A stretch of DNA of 47,461 bases. Origin: Candidatus Heimdallarchaeota archaeon. GTDB taxonomy: Archaea; Asgardarchaeota; Wukongarchaeia; Wukongarchaeales; JBHIFL01. A program made the translations under genes and the position numbers. Positions 30,748-40,840 of this stretch are shown in pieces (the first letter of the stretch is position 1; every line of letters begins with the position of its first letter). The stretch covers positions 1-47,461 of the forward strand of contig JBHIFL010000029.1 of the NCBI GenBank assembly GCA_046761065.1, given 5' to 3'. The notes under the pieces were generated by a model. The model did no database searches. It saw only the letters and a program-made list of their open reading frames with translations, and was not told the origin of the DNA.

Positions 30748-31146
30748 TAAACATGCCTCAGACGTTGATCCTTCTATAAATCGAGGACAATTCAAAAACC
30801 CCTCACAGAGGTCAATGAGCTAGAGGTGAGTAATTTTCTAGATTTATCTAATTAAAGGTAATGATAAGATCCTTTTTGAAGAACACTCCTTGGTTAATAG
30901 CTATTTAGGAGACCAACCAGATCATTATACGAGTTAGGTCACAATCGGATTCTCCCAGTAATCGCCATCGATTACAAATAATGAGTTAAGGAATATCCTG
31001 AATTATCAATGCATCTTAGGTATGAAATCCAAGTAACTTATCTCTATTGCCAAAATGACACTTACTATGATTTGCTAATACTCGAATTCAATTACCTTGC
31101 AATTCTGTGAAGTTTTTACCTTCTCATATAATTTCTTATTGGCGAA

Positions 31147-32607
31147 TTACACGGTTTGTCGTATTGCCTTCTTAATGATCTCATCGATTTCCATTCGTAT
31201 ATCTTTTGGCACAATTTCGGTGTCATGCTCTTGAATTAACTTTAAACTTTTCTCCCTTGCTTTTTCTTGTAATGTTTTTGCGCCTTCCCTCTCCCACCGA
31301 TCCAATACACTTTTGTCGAATAGATCTGAGATCCAAAGAATACCGGTTCGGAGGAGTCGTAGTGTTTGTTTATTTGCGAGGTAGTTCCCTCCATGTCCTG
31401 CCTCAAAGATAGCCTCAAGCGAAAGAGTTTCGTCATTTACGGTGACTTTTTTGAGCAAATGTCGAATTTGCGAGATTAATTGATCAGCAATTGTGATTAG
31501 CTCGAAACTACCGATTGTGCCCGCAGCGAGATAGCCGAGGTCGTGAATAAGATTCTGACCTGCTAATGTAGCAGTCGTTAGGTTCATTGTGGCTTCACTA
31601 AGTGCTTGGCCATCAAGGATCTTTGCGTCACACACACAACCTGTTCCCCAACTTGGCAATTGATAATATTGGGCAAGCTGAGCGAGACCAATGCCAAGCA
31701 AAGCAGGATCAGGTCCTCCATAGTTGGCAACCCCAGTTCGAATGTCAATTACGATGGGAACCAACCCAAAAATAAAAGGAGCACCTGGGTTTATCAATTG
31801 CATGACGACATTCCCTGAAAGGGATTCCGCGGCGCCCTGAACCAATGAACCGACCATTGTGATTGGCGCAGTTGCTGCCTGTTGAATACACGGTGCATAA
31901 ACCACAGGTTGTCCAGCTTCAGCCCAAACCATTGTTGCTTCGATGTACTCCGTCCCGACGAAAAGTGGGGATGAAGGCTCTGCATAAAGGGTTGCAAGGG
32001 GCTTGTTTCGGAGCTCATCTTCCCCTCCAGCAATCAGTTCAGCGATTTTTAATTGGTCTCGTGTTAAGGCTTCTCCGTGATGGCAATAGAGAACTGAATG
32101 CTTCTCTGTGTTACACATCATGGCTGCTTGACCCTCCAACCCTACCACTGATTGGTGCCTATCTTGAGCGCTTCCTAATCCCATCACAAAATCTATATTG
32201 GGCAAGGAGTCCACTAGTTTTGCAGCGTCCTCCATATCTTTTAGTCGGGAAAAACGGCGTTTCCCAATAGTTAAATCATACACATAAATATTACCTTCCC
32301 CTGGTCCAAAGACCGCTCGGGTTCCTTCTAAATAGAAATCATTTTCGCGGGTTAATCCTGCACACCGAACACTTCTTGGCGCCTTTCGAATGGACTCCTC
32401 CACTAAGTATTCCGGGATTCTTGCCACCTGTTTCGTGTAGTCAACATTGGCACCAGCATCTTCTAATAGTTTTAGTGCACTTTCATGCTGTATAAGGATA
32501 CCTAGGTCCTCCAAGACTCTTAGAACTGCTAAATGAATCTTATAGAGGTCCTCCTTTTCGAAGATCTTTAATTGCCCTCCCTGAATTCCCTCTCGCATTT
32601 TCATCAC
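31147..32607 (-). CDS. MttB-superfamily corrinoid methyltransferase, non-pyrrolysine
   Basis: IH..L.VLE..G, SSPL, ATAPITMVG, YYQLP, CDAK.LDGQA, NLIHDLGYL; no in-frame TAG. Confidence 0.9.
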   Translation of the reverse strand: MMKMREGIQGGQLKIFEKEDLYKIHLAVLRVLEDLGILIQHESALKLLEDAGANVDYTKQVARIPEYLVEESIRKAPRSVRCAGLTRENDFYLEGTRAVFGPGEGNIYVYDLTIGKRRFSRLKDMEDAAKLVDSLPNIDFVMGLGSAQDRHQSVVGLEGQAAMMCNTEKHSVLYCHHGEALTRDQLKIAELIAGGEDELRNKPLATLYAEPSSPLFVGTEYIEATMVWAEAGQPVVYAPCIQQAATAPITMVGSLVQGAAESLSGNVVMQLINPGAPFIFGLVPIVIDIRTGVANYGGPDPALLGIGLAQLAQYYQLPSWGTGCVCDAKILDGQALSEATMNLTTATLAGQNLIHDLGYLAAGTIGSFELITIADQLISQIRHLLKKVTVNDETLSLEAIFEAGHGGNYLANKQTLRLLRTGILWISDLFDKSVLDRWEREGAKTLQEKAREKSLKLIQEHDTEIVPKDIRMEIDEIIKKAIRQTV

Positions 32608-32608
32608 C

Positions 32609-33259
32609 CTACCTCTTTATCAGCTGTTTCGCTTCTTCTACTGCACCTAGTGCATCTGCAGCGTAGCCATCTGCTCCAATTTCCTGCTGCCATTCACGAG
32701 ATGTTGGGGCGCCTCCGATCATAATTATAACATGTTCCTTTAACCCCTCTTGTTCCAAACGTTTGATTAGCTCGCCCTGTTTTAAGGCAGTCGTTGATAA
32801 GAGCGCAGAGACTCCTACAATATCCGGGGCGAGTTCTCTCACCTTCTTTACAAAAACCTCAACTGGGACATCTTTCCCTAAGTCGATTATCTCAAATCCT
32901 GCCGCTTGAAGTACTGAGGCAACGATGTTTTTTCCAATATCATGAATATCTCCTTCAATCGTCCCAATAAGGACCCGACCTATTCTTGGTATTTCTTGGT
33001 TTCGGGCTTCGAGCATGGGACGAAGAAGTTTCATAGCTTCTTTCATGGCCTCAGCTGCCACGATGAGCTCAGGTAGATATATTTCTCTTTTTTCAAATAG
33101 CTCGCCGAGTTTCAGTAAACCCTTAGATAACCCCTCATTTATAATTTCCAGAGGTTCTACGCCAGCTTGAAGTGCTTTCTTAACGTATTCGACCGTCTTT
33201 TCTATGTTGAATGACTCAAGCGCGGTCCTTGCTTCGTCAATTAACTCCTTTTTGCTCAA
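32609..33259 (-). CDS. Cognate corrinoid (B12-binding) protein
   Basis: GDIHDIGKNIV (DxHxxG), DLGKDVP, SALLSTT, IGGAP. Confidence 0.94.
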   Translation of the reverse strand: MSKKELIDEARTALESFNIEKTVEYVKKALQAGVEPLEIINEGLSKGLLKLGELFEKREIYLPELIVAAEAMKEAMKLLRPMLEARNQEIPRIGRVLIGTIEGDIHDIGKNIVASVLQAAGFEIIDLGKDVPVEVFVKKVRELAPDIVGVSALLSTTALKQGELIKRLEQEGLKEHVIIMIGGAPTSREWQQEIGADGYAADALGAVEEAKQLIKR

Positions 33260-33403
33260 GAATCTACACCCCTCAAAAAAAAGAACACTATTTTCGAAAT
33301 TTAAAGATTATGTGCTATTTTAGTCTTACTTGTTTCAACTAAGTGATATTTGGTTTATGATAGCAAAAATATTGCATTCGCGCTTTGGAATCCATCGCTA
33401 AAA

Positions 33404-34543
33404 TCAATGGATCATTTGTCGTGTTACCAACTCTGTAATATCCAAAACCTCCATATTGGAGCCCAAACTGACTGCTGCGTCTCTTAGATTTCTATTACAA
33501 AAAGGACATGAAGTAATTAAGAGTTTAGCGCCCGTATCGGCAGCTTCTAAGATTCGCTTCTTCCCGATCTCTAGAGCTAAGTCGCTAAACCCTGATTTAA
33601 CGCCGCCTCCCGCGCCACAACAATGAGCATGTTCTTGATTCCATTCCATCTCAACAAGTTCGATTCCTGGAATATTTTTGAGAATGGTCCGTGGAATTGC
33701 GAAATCCAAATTAGTGTGGCGATTCAGATGGCACGGATCGTGATAGGTAACCTTTGTAGTGCTTGGTTCTTTATGAAATGCGAGACGCTCTTCAGTGACC
33801 AATTCATTGAGAAGTTGTACAACATGAATAACCTCGATTCCTATCTTTTTTCCAAGGAGTTCCGGATAATCAAGGAGGAGGGTCCGATAGCAACCCGCAC
33901 AGGCGGTGATAAGCCGTTTAACCTTGTGTTCCTTCAGAATTTGAAAATTATAGTGGGCAAGCTCTTTTGCAAGTTCTACCTGTCCTGTTCGTAGAAGAGG
34001 GCTGCCACAACAGTGTTCATCTCCTAAAAGAGTGAAGGGGATCTTTGCGGCATTGAGGATATCTATAGTCCTTTTAGCTATCTCATGTTCCCTGTATGCT
34101 GACGTACAGCCCACAAAAAAGCCAAGTTCAGCCGTTGGTTCAAAAGTATGTTGTGCTCCAAGACATGTAAAGCGTTGGTCATGAGGTTCGAAATAGGGAT
34201 TATGATTCATCACAACGCTCTCTGCGAACTTCTGATGTTTTTCTACTTGTAATCCTAATTGGGTAAAATCTACGCGTGCTGCTTCAAAAATCGACACAAG
34301 GGGTACAGCACAACGAATTTCACAATACCCACAAACCGCACATTGAAAGAAGAGTTCTGCGACCTCCTCTGTAGGTTCAATAAGCTCTTCCAGTAATAAG
34401 CGCAAAATGACGTTTCTCCCCCGTGCCGTGCAGGTTTCCAACTCGTATTCTCGATAAGTAGGACATTCAATCACGCAGAAGCCGCACCGTGTACGAGCAC
34501 AATTATAGATGTCTTCTCGATAACGCTCAAAAGAATACTTCAC
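33404..34543 (-). CDS. HdrD/GlcF-like Fe-S oxidoreductase
   Basis: Two 4Fe-4S motifs and two CCG domains (HCCGSP..TACAGC; HDPC..HCCGAGGG..SCPFC). Confidence 0.9.
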   Translation of the reverse strand: MKYSFERYREDIYNCARTRCGFCVIECPTYREYELETCTARGRNVILRLLLEELIEPTEEVAELFFQCAVCGYCEIRCAVPLVSIFEAARVDFTQLGLQVEKHQKFAESVVMNHNPYFEPHDQRFTCLGAQHTFEPTAELGFFVGCTSAYREHEIAKRTIDILNAAKIPFTLLGDEHCCGSPLLRTGQVELAKELAHYNFQILKEHKVKRLITACAGCYRTLLLDYPELLGKKIGIEVIHVVQLLNELVTEERLAFHKEPSTTKVTYHDPCHLNRHTNLDFAIPRTILKNIPGIELVEMEWNQEHAHCCGAGGGVKSGFSDLALEIGKKRILEAADTGAKLLITSCPFCNRNLRDAAVSLGSNMEVLDITELVTRQMIH

Positions 34544-35988
34544 TTGGCAGCCTCCTTTTCCAGATCAGTTGGTGGAAATACTTTACCGCGTTGCATGATG
34601 TTATTCGGATCTAATAGCTTCTTAATCCGGAGTAAGAGCTTATAGTCGTTTGAAACAGTTATGTGTTCTTTCTTGAAATGTTCCATGCCTCTCGCTCCAA
34701 CTCCGAGTCCAGCCGTAATGGTTCCTCCTAATTCGATACTAGCTTCGAACATTTCCTGTTCAAATTGTCTCCATCGCTCGTACTCGTCTTTATCTAGATC
34801 ATTGATGTTCACAATGAAGCTGTATTGCGGTGCAAAAACGGTACCATCTTGATAGATTGCTAAACCAAAATATTCTAAGCCAAATTTAGTAGCAAGCTCA
34901 TGAAATCGCTTCCACATCGTCTCAATTTTGCTTATAGGAATACCCACATCTGGCACTCCTATTTTATGAGATCGCCACATACGTGTGTGGGGATTTTCTC
35001 TAGACGGGTAGTTTGCTGTTTTGGTGACCCACCAACTTTGGGAGATCTCTAGGGGTAGTTCTTTTCCCTTAGCCTCTTGAATAAGATTGCGAATTATTTC
35101 TGCTTGGAATTCTACTACACGTTCTGACCCAGCTAACATGATTCCCAGAAACCAAAGATCTGGGCTAAATCCTGCCTTTTGGGAATAATAATACGAACGT
35201 GTAGGATCATTTATCATCACACATTCAGGCCAAATACCCTCTCGCATGAATTCGTGGATGGTCTTCATAATTGTTTTTAAATTATTAAAGCCAAATAAGA
35301 GTGATTTGTAGGTTTTTGGAAGTGGAAATACCTTCATAATGGCCTTTGTTATTATTCCGAGGGTCCCTTCTGCTGCAACAAAAAGTTGAAGGAGTTTGGG
35401 ACCACTCGAAGATTTCCAAACTCGACTTCCCGTACGGAGCACCTCTCCCGTTGGAAGTACAATTTCGAGGCCGAGGACCAACTTATTGGGGCAGCCATAT
35501 TTTGCGCCCCAAGTACTCTGCCCATCGAGACTAATACGAGCTCCTAATGTGCATTCATATTTCGATTCAGGATCATCAGCAAAAAGCAGCCCTTTTTTTT
35601 CACATTCAAGCCGAATATTCTCGATGGTTGCCCCCGCTTCAGCAATAACGACCATATCCTCCGGATAAATTTCAATCTTATTCATTCTTCGCGTATCAAC
35701 CAATATCCCTCCCGACACAGGCCAAAGACCAGCCGAAAGATTAGTCCCCCCACCGAATGGGATAATAGGGACGGAATACTGATTAGCAATTTTGACAACA
35801 GTTGAGATCTCTTCAGTGCTCCTTGGGAGAACTATAATGTCCGGTTTAAAAGCAGAACGAGGTGGAAGAGGATAAAAATCGCGACCATATACTAATCGGT
35901 CGAGTTCTTTTACAGAAATACGATCATCTGGTAGGTTCTTTTCCAGTTCACCCAAGACTCGTCTAATGATATCTTGGTCATGGCGCAT
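34540..35988 (-). CDS. FAD-linked oxidoreductase (GlcD/VAO family) with atypical active site
   Basis: PFGGGTNL, KYG, AEGTLGIITK, KKLLDPNNIM; GTITAGLGVG replaces GEHG; 4-nt overlap with the HdrD-like gene. Confidence 0.88.
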   Translation of the reverse strand: MRHDQDIIRRVLGELEKNLPDDRISVKELDRLVYGRDFYPLPPRSAFKPDIIVLPRSTEEISTVVKIANQYSVPIIPFGGGTNLSAGLWPVSGGILVDTRRMNKIEIYPEDMVVIAEAGATIENIRLECEKKGLLFADDPESKYECTLGARISLDGQSTWGAKYGCPNKLVLGLEIVLPTGEVLRTGSRVWKSSSGPKLLQLFVAAEGTLGIITKAIMKVFPLPKTYKSLLFGFNNLKTIMKTIHEFMREGIWPECVMINDPTRSYYYSQKAGFSPDLWFLGIMLAGSERVVEFQAEIIRNLIQEAKGKELPLEISQSWWVTKTANYPSRENPHTRMWRSHKIGVPDVGIPISKIETMWKRFHELATKFGLEYFGLAIYQDGTVFAPQYSFIVNINDLDKDEYERWRQFEQEMFEASIELGGTITAGLGVGARGMEHFKKEHITVSNDYKLLLRIKKLLDPNNIMQRGKVFPPTDLEKEAAK

Positions 35989-36200
35989 TGAACAACCCTC
36001 TCAATTTATGCTGATGTATGCTCGATGTTTCCCCAAATTGTAATAAGTTTGTGTTTGGACGCAACTTCTTCCTTGTTAGCTTTGACTTCGAGATAAAATC
36101 AGATAAACAGCTTCTGGTACAGTATAGTCATTGGAATTATCTTTATTCTTCAATGTGTAAATGGTCATATAGTCTTCGTATCGTAAAATGGGGGCATCAA

Positions 36201-37421
36201 ATGACGAATAAATTGGCATTAACAATCGCTAAAATTGAAGAACACCAAGAAGACTTAGTCTCGTTCTGTCAAGACTTAGTAAAAATACCTAGCCTAAGTG
36301 GAGAGGAAAAAAAAGTTGCTCAAGTAATAACTCAGTATATGGAAGCCTTTGGCTATACAGAAGTATCAACGGACGAATTTGGATCCGTTTTGGGCACTTT
36401 AAAAGGAGAAGGAGGGATGTCTATCATGTTCAACGGGCATATGGACCATGTACCAGAAGGCAATCTTGAAAACTGGAATATTGATCCCTATGGTGCCATA
36501 ATTAAAAATAGGTGTATTTATGGGAGAGGGACAGTCGATATGAAGGGGGCTCTTGCGGCTCAAATCTTTGCGGTTGGCATGATCAACCAACTCGAGATCA
36601 AACCCCCAAGAGATGCGCATGTGGCGGCGGTGGTGCACGAAGAAGACCATGAAGGGGGTGCGATGGAGTATATCATAGAGCAAAGGGGGGTTAGACCAGA
36701 ACTTGTTGTCCTAGGAGAGCCAACGGGTTTGCATTTGGTAATTGGTCAAAGGGGACGATGTGAGTTGGAAGTCATCACGAAAGGTCAAACAAGCCATGGA
36801 AGCAGGCCCGACTTAGGAATAAATGCAGTATATCATATGGCGCAAATCATTAATGCTGTCGAACAATTGAATAAGCATCATATGCCAAAGCATGAGTTTC
36901 TTGGGGGAGCATCTGTTGCACTCATTCGGATTTCGAGCTCTCCTAAGAAGGGGAACATCATTCCAGATGAATGCCGGGTTGTTTTAGATCGCCGAACAAT
37001 CCCAAGTGAACAAGAGGAAGGTTTAGTTGAAGAGATTAACCAACTTCTCGTGGAGGTAAAGGCGCAAGTTCCTGAACTTGACGCACAGGTCCGTGTTATT
37101 GATGAAACCTTACCCTGTTACACAGGGAAGAAGATTATCGGACACAAGTACTACCCAGCTTGGGTGCTGGATCCTTCCCATCCCCTTATTCAGAAGGCAA
37201 AAGGAATTCTCGAAATGGTGACTTATTCTCAGGTGAAACTCAACAAATGGAACTTCTCAACAGATGGGGTATACACCGCAGGAAAGGCTGGGATTCTCAC
37301 GATTGGTTTTGGCCCAGGAGATGAAACACAAGTGCATAGACCCAACGAACATTTACCCGTCGACCAGCTAATCACTGCAGCAAAAGGATATGCTGCATTG
37401 GCGCTTAATATGAATGTTTAA
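36201..37421 (+). CDS. M20 metallohydrolase (YgeY/ArgE/DapE family)
   Basis: NGHMDHV, GRGTVDMKG, HEE, GEPT, SHGS, FSTDG, GPG..VHRPNE; ATG 36201. Confidence 0.9.
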   Translation: MTNKLALTIAKIEEHQEDLVSFCQDLVKIPSLSGEEKKVAQVITQYMEAFGYTEVSTDEFGSVLGTLKGEGGMSIMFNGHMDHVPEGNLENWNIDPYGAIIKNRCIYGRGTVDMKGALAAQIFAVGMINQLEIKPPRDAHVAAVVHEEDHEGGAMEYIIEQRGVRPELVVLGEPTGLHLVIGQRGRCELEVITKGQTSHGSRPDLGINAVYHMAQIINAVEQLNKHHMPKHEFLGGASVALIRISSSPKKGNIIPDECRVVLDRRTIPSEQEEGLVEEINQLLVEVKAQVPELDAQVRVIDETLPCYTGKKIIGHKYYPAWVLDPSHPLIQKAKGILEMVTYSQVKLNKWNFSTDGVYTAGKAGILTIGFGPGDETQVHRPNEHLPVDQLITAAKGYAALALNMNV

Positions 37422-37456
37422 AATGATCTGTAAATTTTTATGGTTTCGAGTTACTC

Positions 37457-38200
37457 TTACTTTTTCGCTACAATCACCATTATTTCAGGATCGAGTGATG
37501 TCTCAAATCTCTCTTGGAGATTGAAATTTGCATATTTATTTTTGATCTCAAAGCCAGCCGCCTCTACAAAAGCTACAATTTCGAGTGGGCTATAAAGACG
37601 CATTTGATGTACATTATGATGCATTTCAAATTTACCTTCTTTATCTATAAGAAGAACTTCCCCTAGTTGATATGTTTGGTCTGTCAGGCCAATTTCACTG
37701 TTCGTAATCCGTAAGACCTTGAAATCGTCCGTTTCTGCCATTTCTTCCCCTCTATTTCGATAGTGGAAGAGTTTGTACCATGCATTCCAGATATCTAAAA
37801 TAAACACACCCTTCTCTTTTAAAGCTCGGTAAATCGATTTTAAAGCTTGTTTTGCATCATTATTTGTTATCATGTATTGAAAACTGGAAAAGAGTAGAAG
37901 AACAGCATCAAATTCAGCTGCGTATGACATTTTGCGTATATCTGCTTGAATTGTTGTCAAATTTTTTCTTTTTGCGACTTTGAGCATTGCAGTTGATCTA
38001 TCTAAACACAGTACCTCATAACCAGCGTGTTGTAAGATTTTGGCGTGACGCCCCGTTCCGCAAGCCGCATCCAATATCCTCTTAATGGGCCGGTCCCAAC
38101 TCTTGAACACTTCTAAAACAAAATTCGTCTCACGTTCAGTATGCCATCCGAACAGGGCATCATAATAAGATGCCAGAGTAGTGTAAGGGTCTTTATCCAA
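37457..38200 (-). CDS. Class I SAM-dependent methyltransferase
   Basis: LDAACGTGRH, ADIR, FSSFQY; TTG 38200 preceded by GGTGA (track start 38242). Confidence 0.88.
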   Translation of the reverse strand: MDKDPYTTLASYYDALFGWHTERETNFVLEVFKSWDRPIKRILDAACGTGRHAKILQHAGYEVLCLDRSTAMLKVAKRKNLTTIQADIRKMSYAAEFDAVLLLFSSFQYMITNNDAKQALKSIYRALKEKGVFILDIWNAWYKLFHYRNRGEEMAETDDFKVLRITNSEIGLTDQTYQLGEVLLIDKEGKFEMHHNVHQMRLYSPLEIVAFVEAAGFEIKNKYANFNLQERFETSLDPEIMVIVAKK

Positions 38201-38500
38201 ATATATCACCTTTATACATTGCCAGCAGAGATTACAATACATGGTTGCTAAATTTTTATCAATAATTGCTATTATTTGAAGTCATATTAGCCGCCTTTGG
38301 AAAAACTTGTTAGCATGCATATCGGAAGAGGATTAATACCATCTAACACAACGTATTTACATCCTATTCATGCAAATTACAATAACTATGGATTGTCTTG
38401 AGAGCATAGTCAACTCACGAATTAAAAGGGAGAATCCAATAAGATCAGTAATTCTTGTTTGCTCATTCCAATCAAAATTATTGGCATTCCTCTGAGAAGC

Positions 38501-39031
38501 TTAATAACATCTATTTTTTTTCCATTTTCTATTAATTAGGAATAAAGAAAAAATTATTACAACAGGAATCCAGTATGATGTATTAAAAGCTCTGGAAATC
38601 TCGAAGAGGGTAGTTGTTCCACTTCCATACTCAACTTCATAAGGCCAAGCGTTAAAACCTCCTTCCATGTTCCTAACATCTGCGTAACCCAAAGAATCTA
38701 AGATATCAGCAGCAATAGCACTTCTTCTTCCACTGGCACAATAGACGATAATAGGCTGTGATAAATTCTCCGGTAACTCGTTCTTTCTATCCTCTAACTC
38801 GGTATGGGGGATTAAATAAGCACCAGGAATATGGCCCTCCAAATATTCGCTCTCACTTCGGACATCAAGTAAAAAAACATCTTCAGTTTCTAAAGCGGTC
38901 TTTACCTCAATAGGAGTTATGTTAGTATAACTTATTGCAATTTCAACATTAAAAAATAATATAAAACAAGAAGTCAGAATACAGAAAGGAACTGTTAACC
39001 ACTTTCCCCTTTCCTTATGATGTCTGAACAT
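38501..39031 (-). CDS. Exported rhodanese-domain protein with C-terminal TM anchor
   Basis: LDVR, GHIPGA, YCASGRRS, GGFNAW; N-terminal signal; C-terminal TM plus RKWKK. Confidence 0.9.
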   Translation of the reverse strand: MFRHHKERGKWLTVPFCILTSCFILFFNVEIAISYTNITPIEVKTALETEDVFLLDVRSESEYLEGHIPGAYLIPHTELEDRKNELPENLSQPIIVYCASGRRSAIAADILDSLGYADVRNMEGGFNAWPYEVEYGSGTTTLFEISRAFNTSYWIPVVIIFSLFLINRKWKKNRCY

Positions 39032-39236
39032 TGTTACTCACTAGAAACAACGAGTCTAGGAAGAACTATAAATACCTTTTTCTCTTTATTACCATAGAGC
39101 ATAGAAAAATTCATCATTTTAGGATTGAATAAATCAATGAATCATCATAAGTTCACAGCTAAGCTATCTAGTTAAATATGATTAGATTTTAAGGCAAAGT
39201 GAAGTTTAAAATAAAAAATCAAAATGTGGGTTTAAC

Positions 39237-39923
39237 ATGATTTCTTTCATGTACTTACATGGATTGCTTTCATCTAGTATGTCCCAGAAAGGAATATTAC
39301 TAAAAGATAAACTAGAAAGATATGGAAAATACTATACTCCTGACTTTTACCCCACCCAGCAAGAATTTGAGCAAATGAAAGTTGGTTTGTTACTTGACAA
39401 GGTGTCCAACTGGGTTGATCAAGTTAATAATTCAGTAGTTCTCGTTGGGAGTTCTTTCGGTGGACTCATTGCTACGAGGTATGTTCAGCTTCAACGAATG
39501 TCTGATAAAGTTGTAGGATTAATACTCCTCGCACCAGCTTTGGACTATTACCATATGTTAGAAGACCATTTGCTACCCTCTAAGCAATGGAGGGAATGGC
39601 GAAAGCAAGGATATCTATTAGTTGAACATCCGACTTGGGAACAAAAAACAAAATGGTCTTGGAGTTTTATCCAAGACTTGCAAGAAAATCATGACCCTAT
39701 GGACGAACCTGTCACGGTTCCAACATTATTAATTCATGGTGAAGAAGATGAGGTTATTCCTGTTGCCAACTCACGTCAATATGTCGCTAAACAAGCCAGA
39801 TTAGGTTATCAATGGACAGCGTACTATTTACCTGGTGGAACTCATAAATTATTAAATGTTTTATCAGATGTGATAAAGCTAATCCTGAATTGGCTAAAAA
39901 CAAACTCGCTAATAATCATGTAA
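39237..39923 (+). CDS. YqiA/YcfP-like alpha/beta hydrolase
   Basis: YLHGLLSS, GSSFGG, IHGEEDEVIP, GGTH. Confidence 0.88.
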   Translation: MISFMYLHGLLSSSMSQKGILLKDKLERYGKYYTPDFYPTQQEFEQMKVGLLLDKVSNWVDQVNNSVVLVGSSFGGLIATRYVQLQRMSDKVVGLILLAPALDYYHMLEDHLLPSKQWREWRKQGYLLVEHPTWEQKTKWSWSFIQDLQENHDPMDEPVTVPTLLIHGEEDEVIPVANSRQYVAKQARLGYQWTAYYLPGGTHKLLNVLSDVIKLILNWLKTNSLIIM

Positions 39924-39937
39924 TAATAAAGCAATGT

Positions 39938-40663
39938 TCAAATATCCTTCGCAAAGTCGTAATGTCTCTTTTTTACTAAAACAATTGCGATTTTTAAGTC
40001 TTTCTCAGAGAATAATAGTGTTTTCAGAGCCATGATGAAAAGGTTAGCTTTCTCCTTCGATGGTATTCGCTCATCTTGTTGGATAGAATCGGCAATTCGT
40101 AATGCATGATTAAATACAGTGACATAGGTCAGTGAGTTCTCAATTTCAAGGATCTTGACAATCTCAACTATTTCCTCAGCCGTAAGATCTGCAATTTCAT
40201 CTGTAAATAACTTCTGATTAATTTGAAGAAAGGTTTTCAGTATTTTTAAAAAGAGTTCATCATCTTTTACTGGTTCTGTTTTGGTTAAGTGAAGATCATA
40301 TATTAATTCATCATTTAAACAGTTTGCAGTATCTATCAATAAGTTGATTCCTTGAGTCAAAGCTTCAGATTTATTATTCTCTAACGAGCGTAAAGTAAAA
40401 GAGAGGGGTAAAAGTAAATAATAATCTCCCGCCTCATAATCTCGGTCTTCCATAATTTCGACCATTTCTTCGGGTTTAATGATCCCTTTAACAATTTCCC
40501 GTACCTTTTCTTCCTGAACTGCCCCAACTTGCAAGGCATAAATAAACCATGATGTAGCGAGGGCGCGTTGAATTTTTGGATCTACCTTTGCGTCTTCTAG
40601 GAGGTGATAGGCCTGTTCTAATTTTCGAATGCATAAATCAAGATCTAGTGGCATAACTAGCAC
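39938..40663 (-). CDS. Helical hypothetical protein
   Basis: 241-aa ORF filling the gap; no recognised motif. Confidence 0.7.
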   Translation of the reverse strand: MLVMPLDLDLCIRKLEQAYHLLEDAKVDPKIQRALATSWFIYALQVGAVQEEKVREIVKGIIKPEEMVEIMEDRDYEAGDYYLLLPLSFTLRSLENNKSEALTQGINLLIDTANCLNDELIYDLHLTKTEPVKDDELFLKILKTFLQINQKLFTDEIADLTAEEIVEIVKILEIENSLTYVTVFNHALRIADSIQQDERIPSKEKANLFIMALKTLLFSEKDLKIAIVLVKKRHYDFAKDI

Positions 40664-40840
40664 CCGGGCACAGTATTGTTGATGAAGTGTGATAATTATT
40701 GATCAATACAAAACCTCTTTAATTTTTTACATAAATTTTGTATTGATATTTAATCAAATTGCATAGAATATTCTCCTGATTGTAGTAGTAATGAATGATG
40801 TTATACTTCAACCCAAAGAAAGTATGAACAGGTGTAAATT

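Noticed and set aside
30748-31146. yybP-ykoY or fluoride riboswitch upstream of the P-type ATPase
   Set aside because: No recognisable consensus by eye; an Rfam scan would be decisive.
32605-32611. Amber readthrough fusing the corrinoid protein to MttB
   Set aside because: The TAG and the MttB start are in different frames; MttB has no internal TAG and no pyl genes are present.
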